Positions 7,571-17,056 of a stretch of 64,000 nt of DNA are shown in pieces. The position numbers and the translations under genes were made by a program. Below the pieces are notes generated by a model. It made no database searches and was not told where the DNA came from. It was given only the letters and a program-made list of their open reading frames with translations. How positions within the stretch are numbered: the first letter of the stretch is position 1; the number at the start of each line of letters is the position of its first letter. The stretch comes from an uncultured Candidatus Saccharibacteria bacterium (GTDB lineage: Bacteria; Patescibacteriota; Minisyncoccia; Minisyncoccales; GWA2-38-27), in assembly GCA_964447515.1 (NCBI GenBank), contig CAYUSS010000002.1, positions 11,020-75,019 of the forward strand. Direction: 5' to 3'.

Positions 7571-8401
7571 ATGAAAAAGCAAAAATCGTTCACTTTAATC
7601 GAACTTTTAGTTGTCATTGCCATAATCGGACTTTTGGCAAGTATTGTTTTGGTTTCTCTAAAGAACGCCAGAGAAAGAGCCAGAATCGCCAAGGGCCTTA
7701 ACTTTGCTGCTCAAGTCCATCACGCTCTTGGAGCTTACGCAGTAGGTGTTTGGGATTTTAACGAGGGTAGCGGGACAACAGTAAAAGATATGAGCGGAAA
7801 GAATAATGATGGAACAATTAATGGAGCTGATCGGACCAGTGATACACCTAATAATGCTTTAGGAGGTGCTCTTTCTTTTAACGGGAGCAGTGATTATGTA
7901 ATAGTAAATAATAATTTTATTGTTGATCCTGCATCATTAACAATATCAGCTTGGTTTAAAAAAATAGGTGAAGGAAGTAGCTACGAATGTGTTTTGCATA
8001 AAAGTTCTACTAGTTCTATAGGTAACAGCGAATATTGGCTGGGTGTTGATTCAAATGATTATTTAACTGCTACTATCGGAGCCAACACCGGAGTAGGTTG
8101 GGCGGCGGGGCAAACTACAATTAAAGCAACCTTAGGAACTTGGTATTATTTAGCTGCAAGTTGGGATGGGTCTGTTGTTAAGGTTTATATAGATGGTAAA
8201 TATATTAAACAGTATTCTTTGACGTCATACGATAGTTTGACAACTCCTACAAGATTTGGGGCATCTTCAGACGGAACAACTTATCAATTTAACGGTCTCA
8301 TTGACGAAGTCCGCATTTACAAAGAAACCTTGTCCTCGGCTCAAATTAAAAAACTTTATGCGGTTGGAGTGAGAAAACACGGTTTATTAGCCAAAGATTA
8401 G
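7571..8401 (+). CDS. type IV pilin-like protein with LamG/concanavalin-type lectin domain
   Basis: Prepilin N-terminus KSFTLIELLVVIAIIGLLASI. The C-terminal domain ends in the LamG-like motif FNGLIDEVRIY. Confidence 0.8.
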   Translation: MKKQKSFTLIELLVVIAIIGLLASIVLVSLKNARERARIAKGLNFAAQVHHALGAYAVGVWDFNEGSGTTVKDMSGKNNDGTINGADRTSDTPNNALGGALSFNGSSDYVIVNNNFIVDPASLTISAWFKKIGEGSSYECVLHKSSTSSIGNSEYWLGVDSNDYLTATIGANTGVGWAAGQTTIKATLGTWYYLAASWDGSVVKVYIDGKYIKQYSLTSYDSLTTPTRFGASSDGTTYQFNGLIDEVRIYKETLSSAQIKKLYAVGVRKHGLLAKD

Positions 8402-8458
8402 TTAATAATATGGTCTGTTGGCATTTGATAATAGGACACAGGGGGCGACCCCTAGGAT

Positions 8459-8477
8459 ACAGGGGGCGACCCTCTGT
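8459..8477. repeat. REP-like hairpin ACAGGGGGCGACCCTCTGT (a partial copy lies at 8438-8453)
   Basis: 8-bp stem with a 3-nt loop, followed by duplicated CTCTGTAAATATTAA. Confidence 0.7.
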
Positions 8478-8519
8478 AAATATTAACCTCTGTAAATATT
8501 AAATAAATTTTAGGGAAAT

Positions 8520-9302
8520 ATGCCCCATAAAGTACGACAGTTTGTAAATGGCGAGATATATCATATTGTAATAAGAAGAATGGGCGAAGAAAAACTTTTT
8601 TTAGACATCGATGATTATTATCGAGGGATATTTTGTATTTATGAATTCAATACTACTAAACCCATTACTATTAGGGAACGTCGAGCTCTTCGAAAACGTT
8701 TCAAAAAGGCTATCCGAGAAGAAATCCCCAGAGGGTCGCCCCCTGTAACTGTAGTTAAGAGAGACGAGACCATGGTATTCAAAGACGAAAGGGATCTTTT
8801 AGTTGAAGTGTTGGCTTTTTGTCTGATGCCAAATCATATTCATTTGTTGTTGAGACAATTGAAAACAGGCGGGATTAGTAACTTTATGCTAAAAGTGGAA
8901 AGTGGCTACGCATCATATTTCAAGAGGAAGTATGGAACAAAGATTAAAGGACATTTTTTCCAAGATAGATTTAGCGTTACCCCCATTAAAAATGATACCC
9001 AATTAAGAGTAGTCTTTACTTACATTCATACCAATCCTACCAGTTGTGTTGAACCCGGATGGAAGGAAAAAGGAGTGAAGGATCCTGAGAAAGTGATTAA
9101 ATTTTTAGAAGAATACAAATGGTCAAGTTACCAAGATTATTTAGGAAAAAAGAATTTCCCTTCGGTTACTGAGAGAAAATTTGTGTTAGAAGTAATAGGC
9201 GGAAAAGAAGGTTGTCAAGAGTGGGTAGAAAATTGGGTGAGATATAAAAGAGAGGTGAGGAAATTAATAGAAAAATTCAAGCGGCTATCATTAGAGAAGT
9301 AA
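8520..9302 (+). CDS. HUH/Y1 transposase, IS200-like / REP-associated tyrosine transposase (RAYT)-like
   Basis: HUH motif LMPNHIHLLL and Tyr motif YIHTNP. Flanked by REP-like hairpins, with one copy of the hairpin inside the ORF (8729-8746, peptide PRGSPPV). Confidence 0.7.
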   Translation: MPHKVRQFVNGEIYHIVIRRMGEEKLFLDIDDYYRGIFCIYEFNTTKPITIRERRALRKRFKKAIREEIPRGSPPVTVVKRDETMVFKDERDLLVEVLAFCLMPNHIHLLLRQLKTGGISNFMLKVESGYASYFKRKYGTKIKGHFFQDRFSVTPIKNDTQLRVVFTYIHTNPTSCVEPGWKEKGVKDPEKVIKFLEEYKWSSYQDYLGKKNFPSVTERKFVLEVIGGKEGCQEWVENWVRYKREVRKLIEKFKRLSLEK

Positions 9303-9305
9303 ACT

Positions 9306-9324
9306 TACAGAGGGTCGCCCCCTG
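9306..9324. repeat. REP-like hairpin ACAGAGGGTCGCCCCCTGT (inverted relative to 8459-8477)
   Basis: Reverse complement of the left-flank hairpin, followed by duplicated CCCCCTGTAAATTTCG. Confidence 0.7.
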
Positions 9325-9384
9325 TAAATTTCGACCCCCTGTAAATTTCGAATTTTATACCAACAGACAGTAAAAAATGAATTC

Positions 9385-10140
9385 ATGAAGCCATTAATTA
9401 TCGCAAATTGGAAGATGAATCCGCAGACTTTGGCCAAAGCCAAGTGGCTTTTTAATTCTCTAAAAAGAGGATTAAAAAATAATAAAAAAGTAGAAGTAGT
9501 AATTTGCCCGCCGTTTGTATATTTGCTAAATCCAAAATCTCAAATCTCAAATGTCAAATTAGGTTCGCAAAATTGTTTTTGGGAAAAAGAAGGCGCTTAT
9601 ACAGGCGAGATTTCTCCAGACCAACTTTTAAATTTGGGTTGTCAATATGTTATTGTCGGGCATTCTGAAAGACGGAGATATTTTAAGGAAACAGACGAGA
9701 TAATAAATAAAAAATTAAAAGCAGTAATTAAAATTAAAATGAGTCCTATTTTATGTATAGGGGAGACCAGGGAACAGAGAAATAAAGGAGAAACAGAGAT
9801 GGTTTTAAAAAGGCAAATAGAGTTAGCCCTAAAAGGAGTTACAAGTTACAAGTTACAGGTTTCAGGATTTTGTATTGCTTACGAGCCGGTTTGGGCTATT
9901 GGAACCGGAAAACCTTGTGATGTTGAAGAAACTCAGAAAATGGGCTTACTCATCAGAAAGATTATTACCAAGCTCTACAATTCTCCAACCGCTAAAAGAA
10001 TTAGAATTCTTTATGGAGGCAGTATAAATAGTAAAAATGCTGCCGGTTATATAAAAGAGGCTCATCTTCAAGGACTTCTTGTCGGAGGAGCTTCTTTAAA
10101 CGCAAAAGAGCTTATTAGGATAGTCAGAGCAGTGAGTTGA
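9385..10140 (+). CDS. tpiA: triosephosphate isomerase
   Basis: Motifs IIANWKMN, VGHSERR, AYEPVWAIGTG, YGGS. It contains an in-frame GTTACAA word repeat at 9838-9859. Confidence 0.9.
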   Translation: MKPLIIANWKMNPQTLAKAKWLFNSLKRGLKNNKKVEVVICPPFVYLLNPKSQISNVKLGSQNCFWEKEGAYTGEISPDQLLNLGCQYVIVGHSERRRYFKETDEIINKKLKAVIKIKMSPILCIGETREQRNKGETEMVLKRQIELALKGVTSYKLQVSGFCIAYEPVWAIGTGKPCDVEETQKMGLLIRKIITKLYNSPTAKRIRILYGGSINSKNAAGYIKEAHLQGLLVGGASLNAKELIRIVRAVS

Positions 10141-10202
10141 TTCTTTTCTTGGGATATGTTAAAGTGTTAAGGTCAACGAGGCTTGAGTCTCGTAGGCTAA
10201 TT

Positions 10203-10724
10203 ATGGAAAGAGCTTTACAAGGTCATTTTTTTAATCCAACTCGAGGAAATTTAACAGTAGAGGAAGTAATGGAAGAGATGATAAAATATATGGCAGAAAA
10301 ACCAGAGAGATCATATGATATTATTGTTGGCTGTGATTCTTCCTCGGGAAATGAGCCGCATTTTCCAGTAGTTGTGGCGATTTTGAGAATGGGCGAGGGA
10401 GGAAGATTTTTTCTTAAGAAAGTAAAATATACTTCTAATTTTAATAAGAGATTTGTTAATTGGAAAAATCGTGTTTTACAAGAAGTTTTATTGTCTTGTG
10501 ATTTAGCTTTATTTTTAAGAGAGAATTTTAAAAAGAAAATTCAAAAACTAAGAAACAAAGATTTTTGCTATCAATTCCGTTATATTCACGCTGATATCGG
10601 TGAAAATGGTCAGACAAAAGATATGATAAAAGAATTAACCGGACTTATTCGGGGGAATGGATTTGAACCAAAAATCAAACCGGAGGCTTATGTTGCCTCG
10701 ATAGTAGCCGATAGATACAGCTAA
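10203..10724 (+). CDS. YkuK/DUF458-like (RNase H-fold) protein
   Basis: FFNPTRGNLTVEEVMEEM...YDIIVGCDSS...FPVVVAILRMGEGGRFF resembles my recollection of the YkuK family. Start moved to ATG 10203; the track start 10137 overlaps tpiA. Confidence 0.5.
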   Translation: MERALQGHFFNPTRGNLTVEEVMEEMIKYMAEKPERSYDIIVGCDSSSGNEPHFPVVVAILRMGEGGRFFLKKVKYTSNFNKRFVNWKNRVLQEVLLSCDLALFLRENFKKKIQKLRNKDFCYQFRYIHADIGENGQTKDMIKELTGLIRGNGFEPKIKPEAYVASIVADRYS

Positions 10725-10865
10725 AACAAACAATGATGATGACAGTGACGATGACAAAATTTAGTCATATAGTCATAGTCAGTTAGATTTTTGATTTTAT
10801 TCCAGGTTTTATGTTTCATGAAGTAGACTTGCCCAAAGGGGCAATTTTTATTATTATTAAGATAT

Positions 10866-12776
10866 ATGAAGGCAAAAGAATTGCGGAGAAAATATCTTCA
10901 ATTTTTCAAAGAAAAAGGGCACGCTATAATTCCTGGCGCTTCTTTGGTTCCAGAGCACGATCCGACTGTGCTTTTTACTACGGCTGGGATGCATCCCTTG
11001 GTGCCTTTTTTATTAGGGGAAAAACATCCAGCTGGCCAGAGATTAGTTAATTGTCAGAAATGTTTGCGTACCGGTGATATTGATAAAGTCGGCGATTCCT
11101 GGCATTTAACTTTTTTTGAAATGTTAGGGAATTGGTCAGTTGGTGATTATTGGAGAAAAGAGGCAATTGAATGGAGCATTGAATTTTTAACTAAGAAGAA
11201 ATGGTTGGGAATTCCAAAAGAAAAATTAAGCATAACAGTTTTTGCTGGCGATAAAGATGCTCCAAGAGACGAAGAATCAGCTCAAATTTGGCAAAAACTA
11301 GGTATTGCCAAAGAGAGAATTTATTTTTTACCAAAAAACGAGAATTGGTGGGGTCCAGCAGGTCAGACCGGCCCCTGTGGTCCCTGCACCGAGATGTTCT
11401 ATGATGTTGGCAAAGATAAATGTGGTTCCGATTGCCGGCCAGGTTGCGATTGTGGCAAATACGTTGAGATTTGGAATGATGTTTTTATGGAATACAATAA
11501 GAAAATCAAAATGACAAATCAAAATTCAAAAAGAAATAAACCCAAAAACCATAATGACGAAATAGAATATGAATATGTGCCATTAGTACAAAAAAATGTT
11601 GATACTGGAATGGGGGCTGAGAGAACAGTAGCCATATTGAATGGTCAGGACAATGTTTATGAAATGGAATTGTTTGCACCAATAATCAAAAAGATTGAAA
11701 CTTTAACAAATACAAGTTACAAGTTACCCGCCCGCCTTGCTTCGCAAGACGAAGCGGGTTCGCCTCGCTTTAGCTTCGGCGAAGCGGGCGAGCGAGTTAC
11801 AAGTTACAGGATAATCGCTGACCACTTAAAAGCAGCTACTTTTATCTTAGCCGAAAACATTGAGCCATCCAACGTTGAGCGAGGTTATGTGCTCCGCCGA
11901 CTAATTCGGCGAGCAGTTAGATATGGTCGGCAATTGGGTATTAAGGATGTATTTTCTCACAAAATTGCTGAAACAGTGATTGATATTTATAAAGAAATTT
12001 ATCCTCATCTTTGGCAAGGGAAAGATTTTATTTCTGGGCAGTTAATTAAAGAAGAAGAGAAGTTTGAAAAGACCCTGGCTAAAGGGTTGCGAGAATTGGA
12101 GAAATTAGTTAATAAAAAGTATCAGAGAGAAAAAGAATTTGGAGGAGAAGATGCCTTTTATATTTACGAAACTTTTGGCTTTCCTTTAGAAATGATTGAA
12201 GAAGAATTAGTCCATTATGGTTTAACAGTTAATTGCCAAGATTTTCAGGAAGCTTTCAAAAAACACCAAAAACTCTCTCGGGCTGGGGCTGAGCAAAAAT
12301 TCAAAAGCGGTTTAGCTGACCATTCTGTTCAGGTAATCAAGTATCATACCGCTACTCATTTATTACATCAGGCCTTAAGGGAAGTTTTGGGAACTTCTGT
12401 TAAACAAATGGGCTCTAATATTACTCCTCAACGACTTCGGTTTGATTTTTCTCATTCATCTAAAATGACCGAACAAGAACTTAAAAAAGTTGAAGGAATT
12501 GTTAATCAGAAAATTAAAGAAGATTTAGAAGTTAAAAAAGAAGAAATGTCTTACAAAGAGGCAATAAAATCAGGGGCTTTAGCTTTTGCTTTTAAACGGG
12601 CGGTGAGTGGGTGGCGTCCTGAAAGAGTAAATGTTTATTCTATTGGCGGTTTCTCAAAAGAAATTTGTGCCGGTCCTCATGTAAAAAGAACCTCTAAGCT
12701 TGGTAAATTTAAAATTATCAAAGAGAAATCATCCGGAGCAGGCATTAGAAGAATCCGCGCGATTTTAAAATCTTAA
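10866..12776 (+). CDS. alaS: alanine--tRNA ligase (short form without C-Ala domain)
   Basis: Class II core (FFKEKGH, FTTAGM, WGPAGQTGPCGPCTE), editing-domain HTATHLLHQAL and CAGPHV. A 99-bp in-frame repeat insertion lies at 11712-11810. Confidence 0.9.
   Translation: MKAKELRRKYLQFFKEKGHAIIPGASLVPEHDPTVLFTTAGMHPLVPFLLGEKHPAGQRLVNCQKCLRTGDIDKVGDSWHLTFFEMLGNWSVGDYWRKEAIEWSIEFLTKKKWLGIPKEKLSITVFAGDKDAPRDEESAQIWQKLGIAKERIYFLPKNENWWGPAGQTGPCGPCTEMFYDVGKDKCGSDCRPGCDCGKYVEIWNDVFMEYNKKIKMTNQNSKRNKPKNHNDEIEYEYVPLVQKNVDTGMGAERTVAILNGQDNVYEMELFAPIIKKIETLTNTSYKLPARLASQDEAGSPRFSFGEAGERVTSYRIIADHLKAATFILAENIEPSNVERGYVLRRLIRRAVRYGRQLGIKDVFSHKIAETVIDIYKEIYPHLWQGKDFISGQLIKEEEKFEKTLAKGLRELEKLVNKKYQREKEFGGEDAFYIYETFGFPLEMIEEELVHYGLTVNCQDFQEAFKKHQKLSRAGAEQKFKSGLADHSVQVIKYHTATHLLHQALREVLGTSVKQMGSNITPQRLRFDFSHSSKMTEQELKKVEGIVNQKIKEDLEVKKEEMSYKEAIKSGALAFAFKRAVSGWRPERVNVYSIGGFSKEICAGPHVKRTSKLGKFKIIKEKSSGAGIRRIRAILKS
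11712..11810. repeat. 99-bp composite repeat inserted in frame in alaS (GTTACAA words flanking G+C-rich palindromes)
   Basis: ACAAGTTACAAGTTAC occurs on both sides of ACCCGC...GCGGGT and TCGCCTCGC...GCGAGCGA palindromes. It encodes SYKLPARLASQDEAGSPRFSFGEAGERVTSY immediately before the conserved RIIADH motif. Confidence 0.8.
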
Positions 12777-12836
12777 CGTGGAGACCTGGTCTCTGCAGAG
12801 AGACCCGGTCTCCGCAGGTTTGGCTGCGGAGACCTT

Positions 12837-14168
12837 GTGCTTAAAAATTTGCTAAAAAAAATGATGCGAGGTAAAATTATAGTACCCGCTCTTCCAAATG
12901 AAATGAGTTTGAGATTTTTGAAGCCAAAACAAAAAGATAAATTTTTTTTAGTTTTGGATATCGGCACTGAAGCGATAAAAGCCTTGATTTTTAAGAGAGA
13001 ACAATTAGCAAAGAAAGATAATAAAAAGATTATTGTTTTAGGCGCTTCTCAACAATATTTTGAAAAATCTGGAGTCTTTGACAGCAGGGATTTTGAAGAA
13101 GAGGTTCTTAAAAAAACAATTTCAAAAGCGATCAAGGAAACCCAAGAACAGGCCGGGATTAGAACTACTTTAACTTTATTAAGCTTGCCAGCTACTATTT
13201 TAAAAGGAAGGATTGTTTTTCAGTTTTTTGAACGAAAAAAGGCCAAGGAAGAAATTTCCGAAGTAGAGGAAAAAATTATTTATGACCAGGTTTTAAGAAA
13301 TGTTCAAAAAGAGATTTCTCAAAAATTTGCTGAAGAATTTGGTATTTTACCTCAAGATATTCAAGGGATTTCTCTAAAATTTCTGGGGAGGAAAATTGAT
13401 GGCTATGCAGTATCAACATTTCAAGGGTACAAAGGGAAAATTTTAGAGTTTAAAATTTTAAGTGCTTTTTTAGCAAAAAATTATTTAGAAAATATAAAGA
13501 AGATTATTGAAGATTTAGGATTAGGAATTTTAAACCCCGTTAGAGATTCTGGGAATAAGGCAAAAGACCAGAAGGAAGATATCTCTAACAGAGTAAAAAT
13601 AATATATCCTCCTGAAAATTTACCCTTCACCTTTTTTCCGGAAAAGGTGAAGGGCTTGCCAGTTATTCAAGGGATAAAAAAGGACGTCATTTTTCTTGAT
13701 GTTGGAGGAGAAGTTACCCAGATTTTTTTAGTAAAAGATGGCAATCTAGAACGAATTAATGAATTTGGAATGGGAGGAAAAATATTTTCTCAAAGTTTAT
13801 CCAATACTTTAGGGATAAATGAAGAAAGAGCCAGAGATTTAAAAGAAAGATATTCAAACAAACTTTTAAGTCCTGAAATTAGAGAAAGAATTAAAGAGAT
13901 TTTGGCAGGGGAGCAGAGAGATTGGTATGAAGGTTTAAAATCAGGAATCAAAGAAATGAAGATTGAAGGACTTTTTCCTTCAACTGTTTTCTTTTTTGGA
14001 GGAGGAAGTCAACTTCCGGAAATTCAAGATAGTTTGAGGAAAATGGGGAGTAAGATAAAGTTTATTTTCCCCAAAGATTTTAAAAATATTGAAGATAGAA
14101 CAGAAAGTTTAAAAACCCCTCAATATACTCCAACTTTATTGACAATTAATAATGAAGAAATTTTTTGA
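12837..14168 (+). CDS. actin-like ASKHA ATPase, FtsA/PilM-like
   Basis: Phosphate/adenosine motifs LVLDIGTEAIKALIF, FLDVGGEVTQIF, FFFGGGSQLPEI. GTG start is uncertain (ATG 12861 is an alternative). An in-frame palindrome lies at 13535-13593. Confidence 0.5.
   Translation: MLKNLLKKMMRGKIIVPALPNEMSLRFLKPKQKDKFFLVLDIGTEAIKALIFKREQLAKKDNKKIIVLGASQQYFEKSGVFDSRDFEEEVLKKTISKAIKETQEQAGIRTTLTLLSLPATILKGRIVFQFFERKKAKEEISEVEEKIIYDQVLRNVQKEISQKFAEEFGILPQDIQGISLKFLGRKIDGYAVSTFQGYKGKILEFKILSAFLAKNYLENIKKIIEDLGLGILNPVRDSGNKAKDQKEDISNRVKIIYPPENLPFTFFPEKVKGLPVIQGIKKDVIFLDVGGEVTQIFLVKDGNLERINEFGMGGKIFSQSLSNTLGINEERARDLKERYSNKLLSPEIRERIKEILAGEQRDWYEGLKSGIKEMKIEGLFPSTVFFFGGGSQLPEIQDSLRKMGSKIKFIFPKDFKNIEDRTESLKTPQYTPTLLTINNEEIF
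13535..13593. repeat. CCCCGTTAGAGAT...ATCTCTAAC palindromic element in frame in the FtsA-like ORF
   Basis: Same family as 49099-49157. Encodes NPVRDSGNKAKDQKEDISNRV. Confidence 0.75.
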
Positions 14169-15450
14169 TATTATTCCTCCTCAAAAAATAGATACCTCTC
14201 GGGATTTTAGACGAATGAAAAAGGCGGAAAGGACCAAGCCCTCCCAAATTTTGCGAAGCAAAAATTGGAAAGATAAGAGACTTCTTTCAAAGGGCTTTGT
14301 TTTATTTTCCCTTATTTTAATTTTAATAGGACTTTCGGGTTTTTTCTTTTTTTCTAAGGTAAAGGTTAATATTTGGCCAGAGGCCGAAATCTTATATTTT
14401 GAAGAGACGGTTACTATTGATTCAAATTATGACCAGTTTAAACCGGATATTTGGTTAGAAGACGGGATTATTCCCGGAAAGATTTTTAAAGATGAAAAAT
14501 TTTCTTCCCAAGAATTTTCTACTTCGGGTAAAACCCTGAAAGAAGAAAAAGCAAAGGGTATAATTCGAGTTTATAACGCTTATTCTACACTTACCCAGGG
14601 CTTGCTTCCTAATACTCGATTTGTTTCCACTGAGGGAAAATTATTCAGGTCAGTTGAGAAAGAGGTGATTTCAGGAGGAAACTCCGAAAAAGGAAAGCTT
14701 ATTCCTGGTTATACTGATATAGAAGTTCGAGCAGCCGAAGTAGGAGAAGAATATAACATTGGCCCTTCCACCTTTTCTATTCCTGGATTTGCAGGGACCC
14801 CGAAATATACTAATTTTTATGGAAAATCTTTTTCCTCCATGATGGGTGGTTTTAAAGGTGAGGTTTCCCAGATTACTGAAGAGGATTTAGAGAGAGCCAG
14901 AAATACTTTAGCCGAGGAATTGAAAAAAGAAAGCAAGGATTTTTTAAAAGCAGCTCTTCCTTTAGATTTTGTCTTGTTAGATAGGGCAATATCTCAAAAG
15001 ATTGTAGAAAGTAATAGTTTGATGCAAGCTTTGGCTGAGGCTGAATCATTTAATCTTCAAGTTAAGGTTAGTTCGGAAGGCTTGGGATTTAAAAAATCAG
15101 ATATAGAAAAATTTGCTAAAAGTCTTGTTAATTTAAATATTCCTGAGGGTGAAAAACTCCAAGAAGAAAGTTTAGAAAGTGATTATTCTCTTGAATCAGT
15201 AGATATAGAATCGGGGAAGATTGTTTTAAATTTAAAAATTAAAGCTAAAATTTATTCAGATATTGACCCGGAAGAACTTAAAAAAGCTCTTTTAGGAAAA
15301 TCTTTTAAAGAAACCAAAATATTTTTGGAAAACCATTCTCAGATAACTAAAGTCGAGGTAAAATCTTGGCCTCTTTGGAGGAAAAAAATTCCAGGTGACC
15401 TTGATAAAGTTGAATTAAGATTAAGGGTTGACCCCGTAGAAGAATTTTGA
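14152..15450 (+). CDS. hypothetical membrane-anchored protein
   Basis: 432-aa ORF overlapping the upstream gene by 17 nt. One N-terminal TM ([19 protein letters not shown]). No family recognised with confidence. Confidence 0.55.
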   Translation: MKKFFDIIPPQKIDTSRDFRRMKKAERTKPSQILRSKNWKDKRLLSKGFVLFSLILILIGLSGFFFFSKVKVNIWPEAEILYFEETVTIDSNYDQFKPDIWLEDGIIPGKIFKDEKFSSQEFSTSGKTLKEEKAKGIIRVYNAYSTLTQGLLPNTRFVSTEGKLFRSVEKEVISGGNSEKGKLIPGYTDIEVRAAEVGEEYNIGPSTFSIPGFAGTPKYTNFYGKSFSSMMGGFKGEVSQITEEDLERARNTLAEELKKESKDFLKAALPLDFVLLDRAISQKIVESNSLMQALAEAESFNLQVKVSSEGLGFKKSDIEKFAKSLVNLNIPEGEKLQEESLESDYSLESVDIESGKIVLNLKIKAKIYSDIDPEELKKALLGKSFKETKIFLENHSQITKVEVKSWPLWRKKIPGDLDKVELRLRVDPVEEF

Positions 15451-15550
15451 CAAAGTGTTTTGCAACGCAAAACACTTAAATGCCGGAGGCAGTCAAAATT
15501 TCTCTACGGGGTTGACTAATCAAGAGAACTTTGTTAAGCTAGAATCATTG

Positions 15551-15775
15551 ATGGGAAAATCTAATAAAAAAGTTTATCGGAAAAACGGCATTGTTTTAGA
15601 GTCCTTACCAAGTACTCATTTTCGAGTAAAGTTAGATGAAGGGAAAGAAATAATTGCTCATTTAGCCGGGAGATTAAGAATTTACCGAATTAAGATTTTG
15701 CCCGGTGATAAAGTGATAGTAGAAATGAACCCCTATGATGAGAATCGGGGAAGAATAGTGTATAGGGGAAAATAG
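15551..15775 (+). CDS. infA: translation initiation factor IF-1
   Basis: [63 protein letters not shown] is a clear IF-1 S1-fold sequence. Start moved from track 15455 to ATG 15551. Confidence 0.9.
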   Translation: MGKSNKKVYRKNGIVLESLPSTHFRVKLDEGKEIIAHLAGRLRIYRIKILPGDKVIVEMNPYDENRGRIVYRGK

Positions 15776-15861
15776 AAGCTGATAAACGCTGATGACAACG
15801 CCGATAAACGCTGAAAAATAATTGACGTAAATCAGCGTAGATATCGGCGTAAATCTGTTTC
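15775..15861. repeat. word-hairpin spacer element (GAAGC...GCTTC/GTTTC family), copy 1
   Basis: About 90 percent identical by eye to 17691-17776. Built from GATAAACGC / GCGTAAATC words. Ends 9 nt before the rpmJ ATG. Confidence 0.8.
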
Positions 15862-15869
15862 TACAAACT

Positions 15870-15983
15870 ATGAAGGTTCGGTCTTCGGTAAAAAAAATTT
15901 GCAAAAATTGTAAAATTGTCAGGCGCAAAGGAAGGGTCTATGTAATTTGTAAAAATCCCAGGCACAAACAGCGCCAAGGTTAG
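15870..15983 (+). CDS. rpmJ: 50S ribosomal protein L36
   Basis: Not in the ORF track (37 aa). [37 protein letters not shown] is the canonical L36 sequence. Confidence 0.92.
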   Translation: MKVRSSVKKICKNCKIVRRKGRVYVICKNPRHKQRQG

Positions 15984-15994
15984 AAGTCTCGAAA

Positions 15995-16084
15995 CTTGTA
16001 ACTTGTAACGCGTAACCCAAGATTTATTTATATAATAATTTACATTTTTTCTTGGGTTATAAGTTATAGGTTACAAGTTACAAG
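15995..16084. repeat. GTTACAA/TTGTAAC word hairpin between rpmJ and rpsM
   Basis: Left arm CTTGTAACTTGTAACGCGTAACCCAAG, right arm CTTGGGTTATAAGTTATAGGTTACAAGTTACAAG. Same family as 25338-25442. Confidence 0.8.
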
Positions 16085-16088
16085 AATT

Positions 16089-16478
16089 ATGCCGAGAATA
16101 GCCGGAATTAATATTCCTGAGCAAAAACAAATAGAAAGAGCTTTAACCCATATATATGGCATAGGTTTAGTTTCCAGTAGAAAAATTTTAAGAGAAGCAG
16201 GTATTGATCCTTATCAACATAGTTCTGACTTGACCCCGGAACAGGTCAATAAACTTAGAGATATTATTGAAAAGAAATATAAAACTGAAGGAGAGCTTAG
16301 AAGAGAAATAATGTTGAATATTAAAAGGTTGCGTGAGATTGGTTCTTGGCGAGGAATTCGTCATAGCAAAGGATTGCCGGTTAGAGGGCAAAGGACAAGA
16401 ACTAATAATAGAACTGTTCGGGGAAATGTAAGAAAGACAGTAAGCTCAGGGAAAAGACAGGCTCCGGGATCCAAGTAA
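16089..16478 (+). CDS. rpsM: 30S ribosomal protein S13
   Basis: [10 protein letters not shown]...ALTHIYGIG...[12 protein letters not shown] is typical of S13. Confidence 0.95.
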   Translation: MPRIAGINIPEQKQIERALTHIYGIGLVSSRKILREAGIDPYQHSSDLTPEQVNKLRDIIEKKYKTEGELRREIMLNIKRLREIGSWRGIRHSKGLPVRGQRTRTNNRTVRGNVRKTVSSGKRQAPGSK

Positions 16479-16527
16479 TACCGCTGAGGTAACGCTGAAA
16501 ATTCAGCGTTTTTCACGAAGTGAAAAA
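16479..16527. repeat. spacer with two small hairpins, the second flush with the rpsK start codon
   Basis: ACGCTGAA-AA-TTCAGCGT at 16492-16509. TTTTTCAC-GAA-GTGAAAAA at 16509-16527, with the ATG at 16528. Confidence 0.75.
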
Positions 16528-16980
16528 ATGGGGAAAAAACGTATAGTAAAAAAAACCAGAGAAGAACTCTTGAAAGAGAGAGAAACCATAGAAGCGGGAA
16601 TGAGAAAAGAGATTAAGGTTTCGACTATCCCCAAAACGAAAGAGGGGAGGGTTTATATTTCTTCTTCTTATAACAATACTATGATTACTTTAACTAATTT
16701 ACAAGGAAATGTTTTAACTTGGGCTAGCGCCGGTTCTATTGGGTTTAAGGGGACGAAAAAATCTACGCCTTTTGCTGCCTCAAAAGTAGCTGAAGCAATA
16801 ACCTCAGCTGCTAAAAAATTAGGAATTGAAAAGGTATCAGTTTTAGTAAAAGGAATAGGGTCTGGTCGGGAATCAGCTATTAGGTCTTTAGTCACTCACG
16901 GTTTAGGTATTTCTTCTGTTACAGATGTAACTCCAATACCACATAACGGTTGTAGGCCGCCTAAGGCAAGACGGGTGTAA
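16528..16980 (+). CDS. rpsK: 30S ribosomal protein S11
   Basis: [42 protein letters not shown]...[12 protein letters not shown] is typical of S11. Confidence 0.95.
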   Translation: MGKKRIVKKTREELLKERETIEAGMRKEIKVSTIPKTKEGRVYISSSYNNTMITLTNLQGNVLTWASAGSIGFKGTKKSTPFAASKVAEAITSAAKKLGIEKVSVLVKGIGSGRESAIRSLVTHGLGISSVTDVTPIPHNGCRPPKARRV

Positions 16981-17056
16981 TAACTGCTGAGGTAACGCTG
17001 GTAACAACGCTGAAAATTCAGCGTAAAATCTGCGTAACTTCAGTATTTTTCATAAA
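16981..17056. repeat. word-hairpin spacer upstream of rpsD
   Basis: Extended relative of the 16479-16527 spacer (GCTGAGGTAACGCTG...CAGCGT..., TTTTTCAT-AAA-GTGAAAAA). The GTG start of rpsD lies in the last arm. Confidence 0.7.

Larger units (their letters stand above)
8413..9367. mobile_element. RAYT-like transposase unit bounded by a 9-bp inverted repeat and REP-like hairpins
   Basis: GTCTGTTGG (8413-8421) and CCAACAGAC (9359-9367) are inverted. REP-like hairpins at 8459-8477 and 9306-9324, in opposite orientation, flank the ORF. Confidence 0.55.

Noticed and set aside
10811-11050. A 79-aa ORF overlapping the start of alaS in another frame.
   Set aside because: alaS in the overlapping frame has unmistakable class II synthetase motifs starting at 10866.
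15455-15550. The N-terminal 32 codons of the track ORF 15455..15775 (and similar upstream extensions at 25414, 28177, 41934, 55234, 55592, 57766, 10137, 63078).
   Set aside because: The extensions run through spacer hairpin repeats or the preceding gene. Conserved protein N-termini begin at internal ATGs, so the starts were moved.
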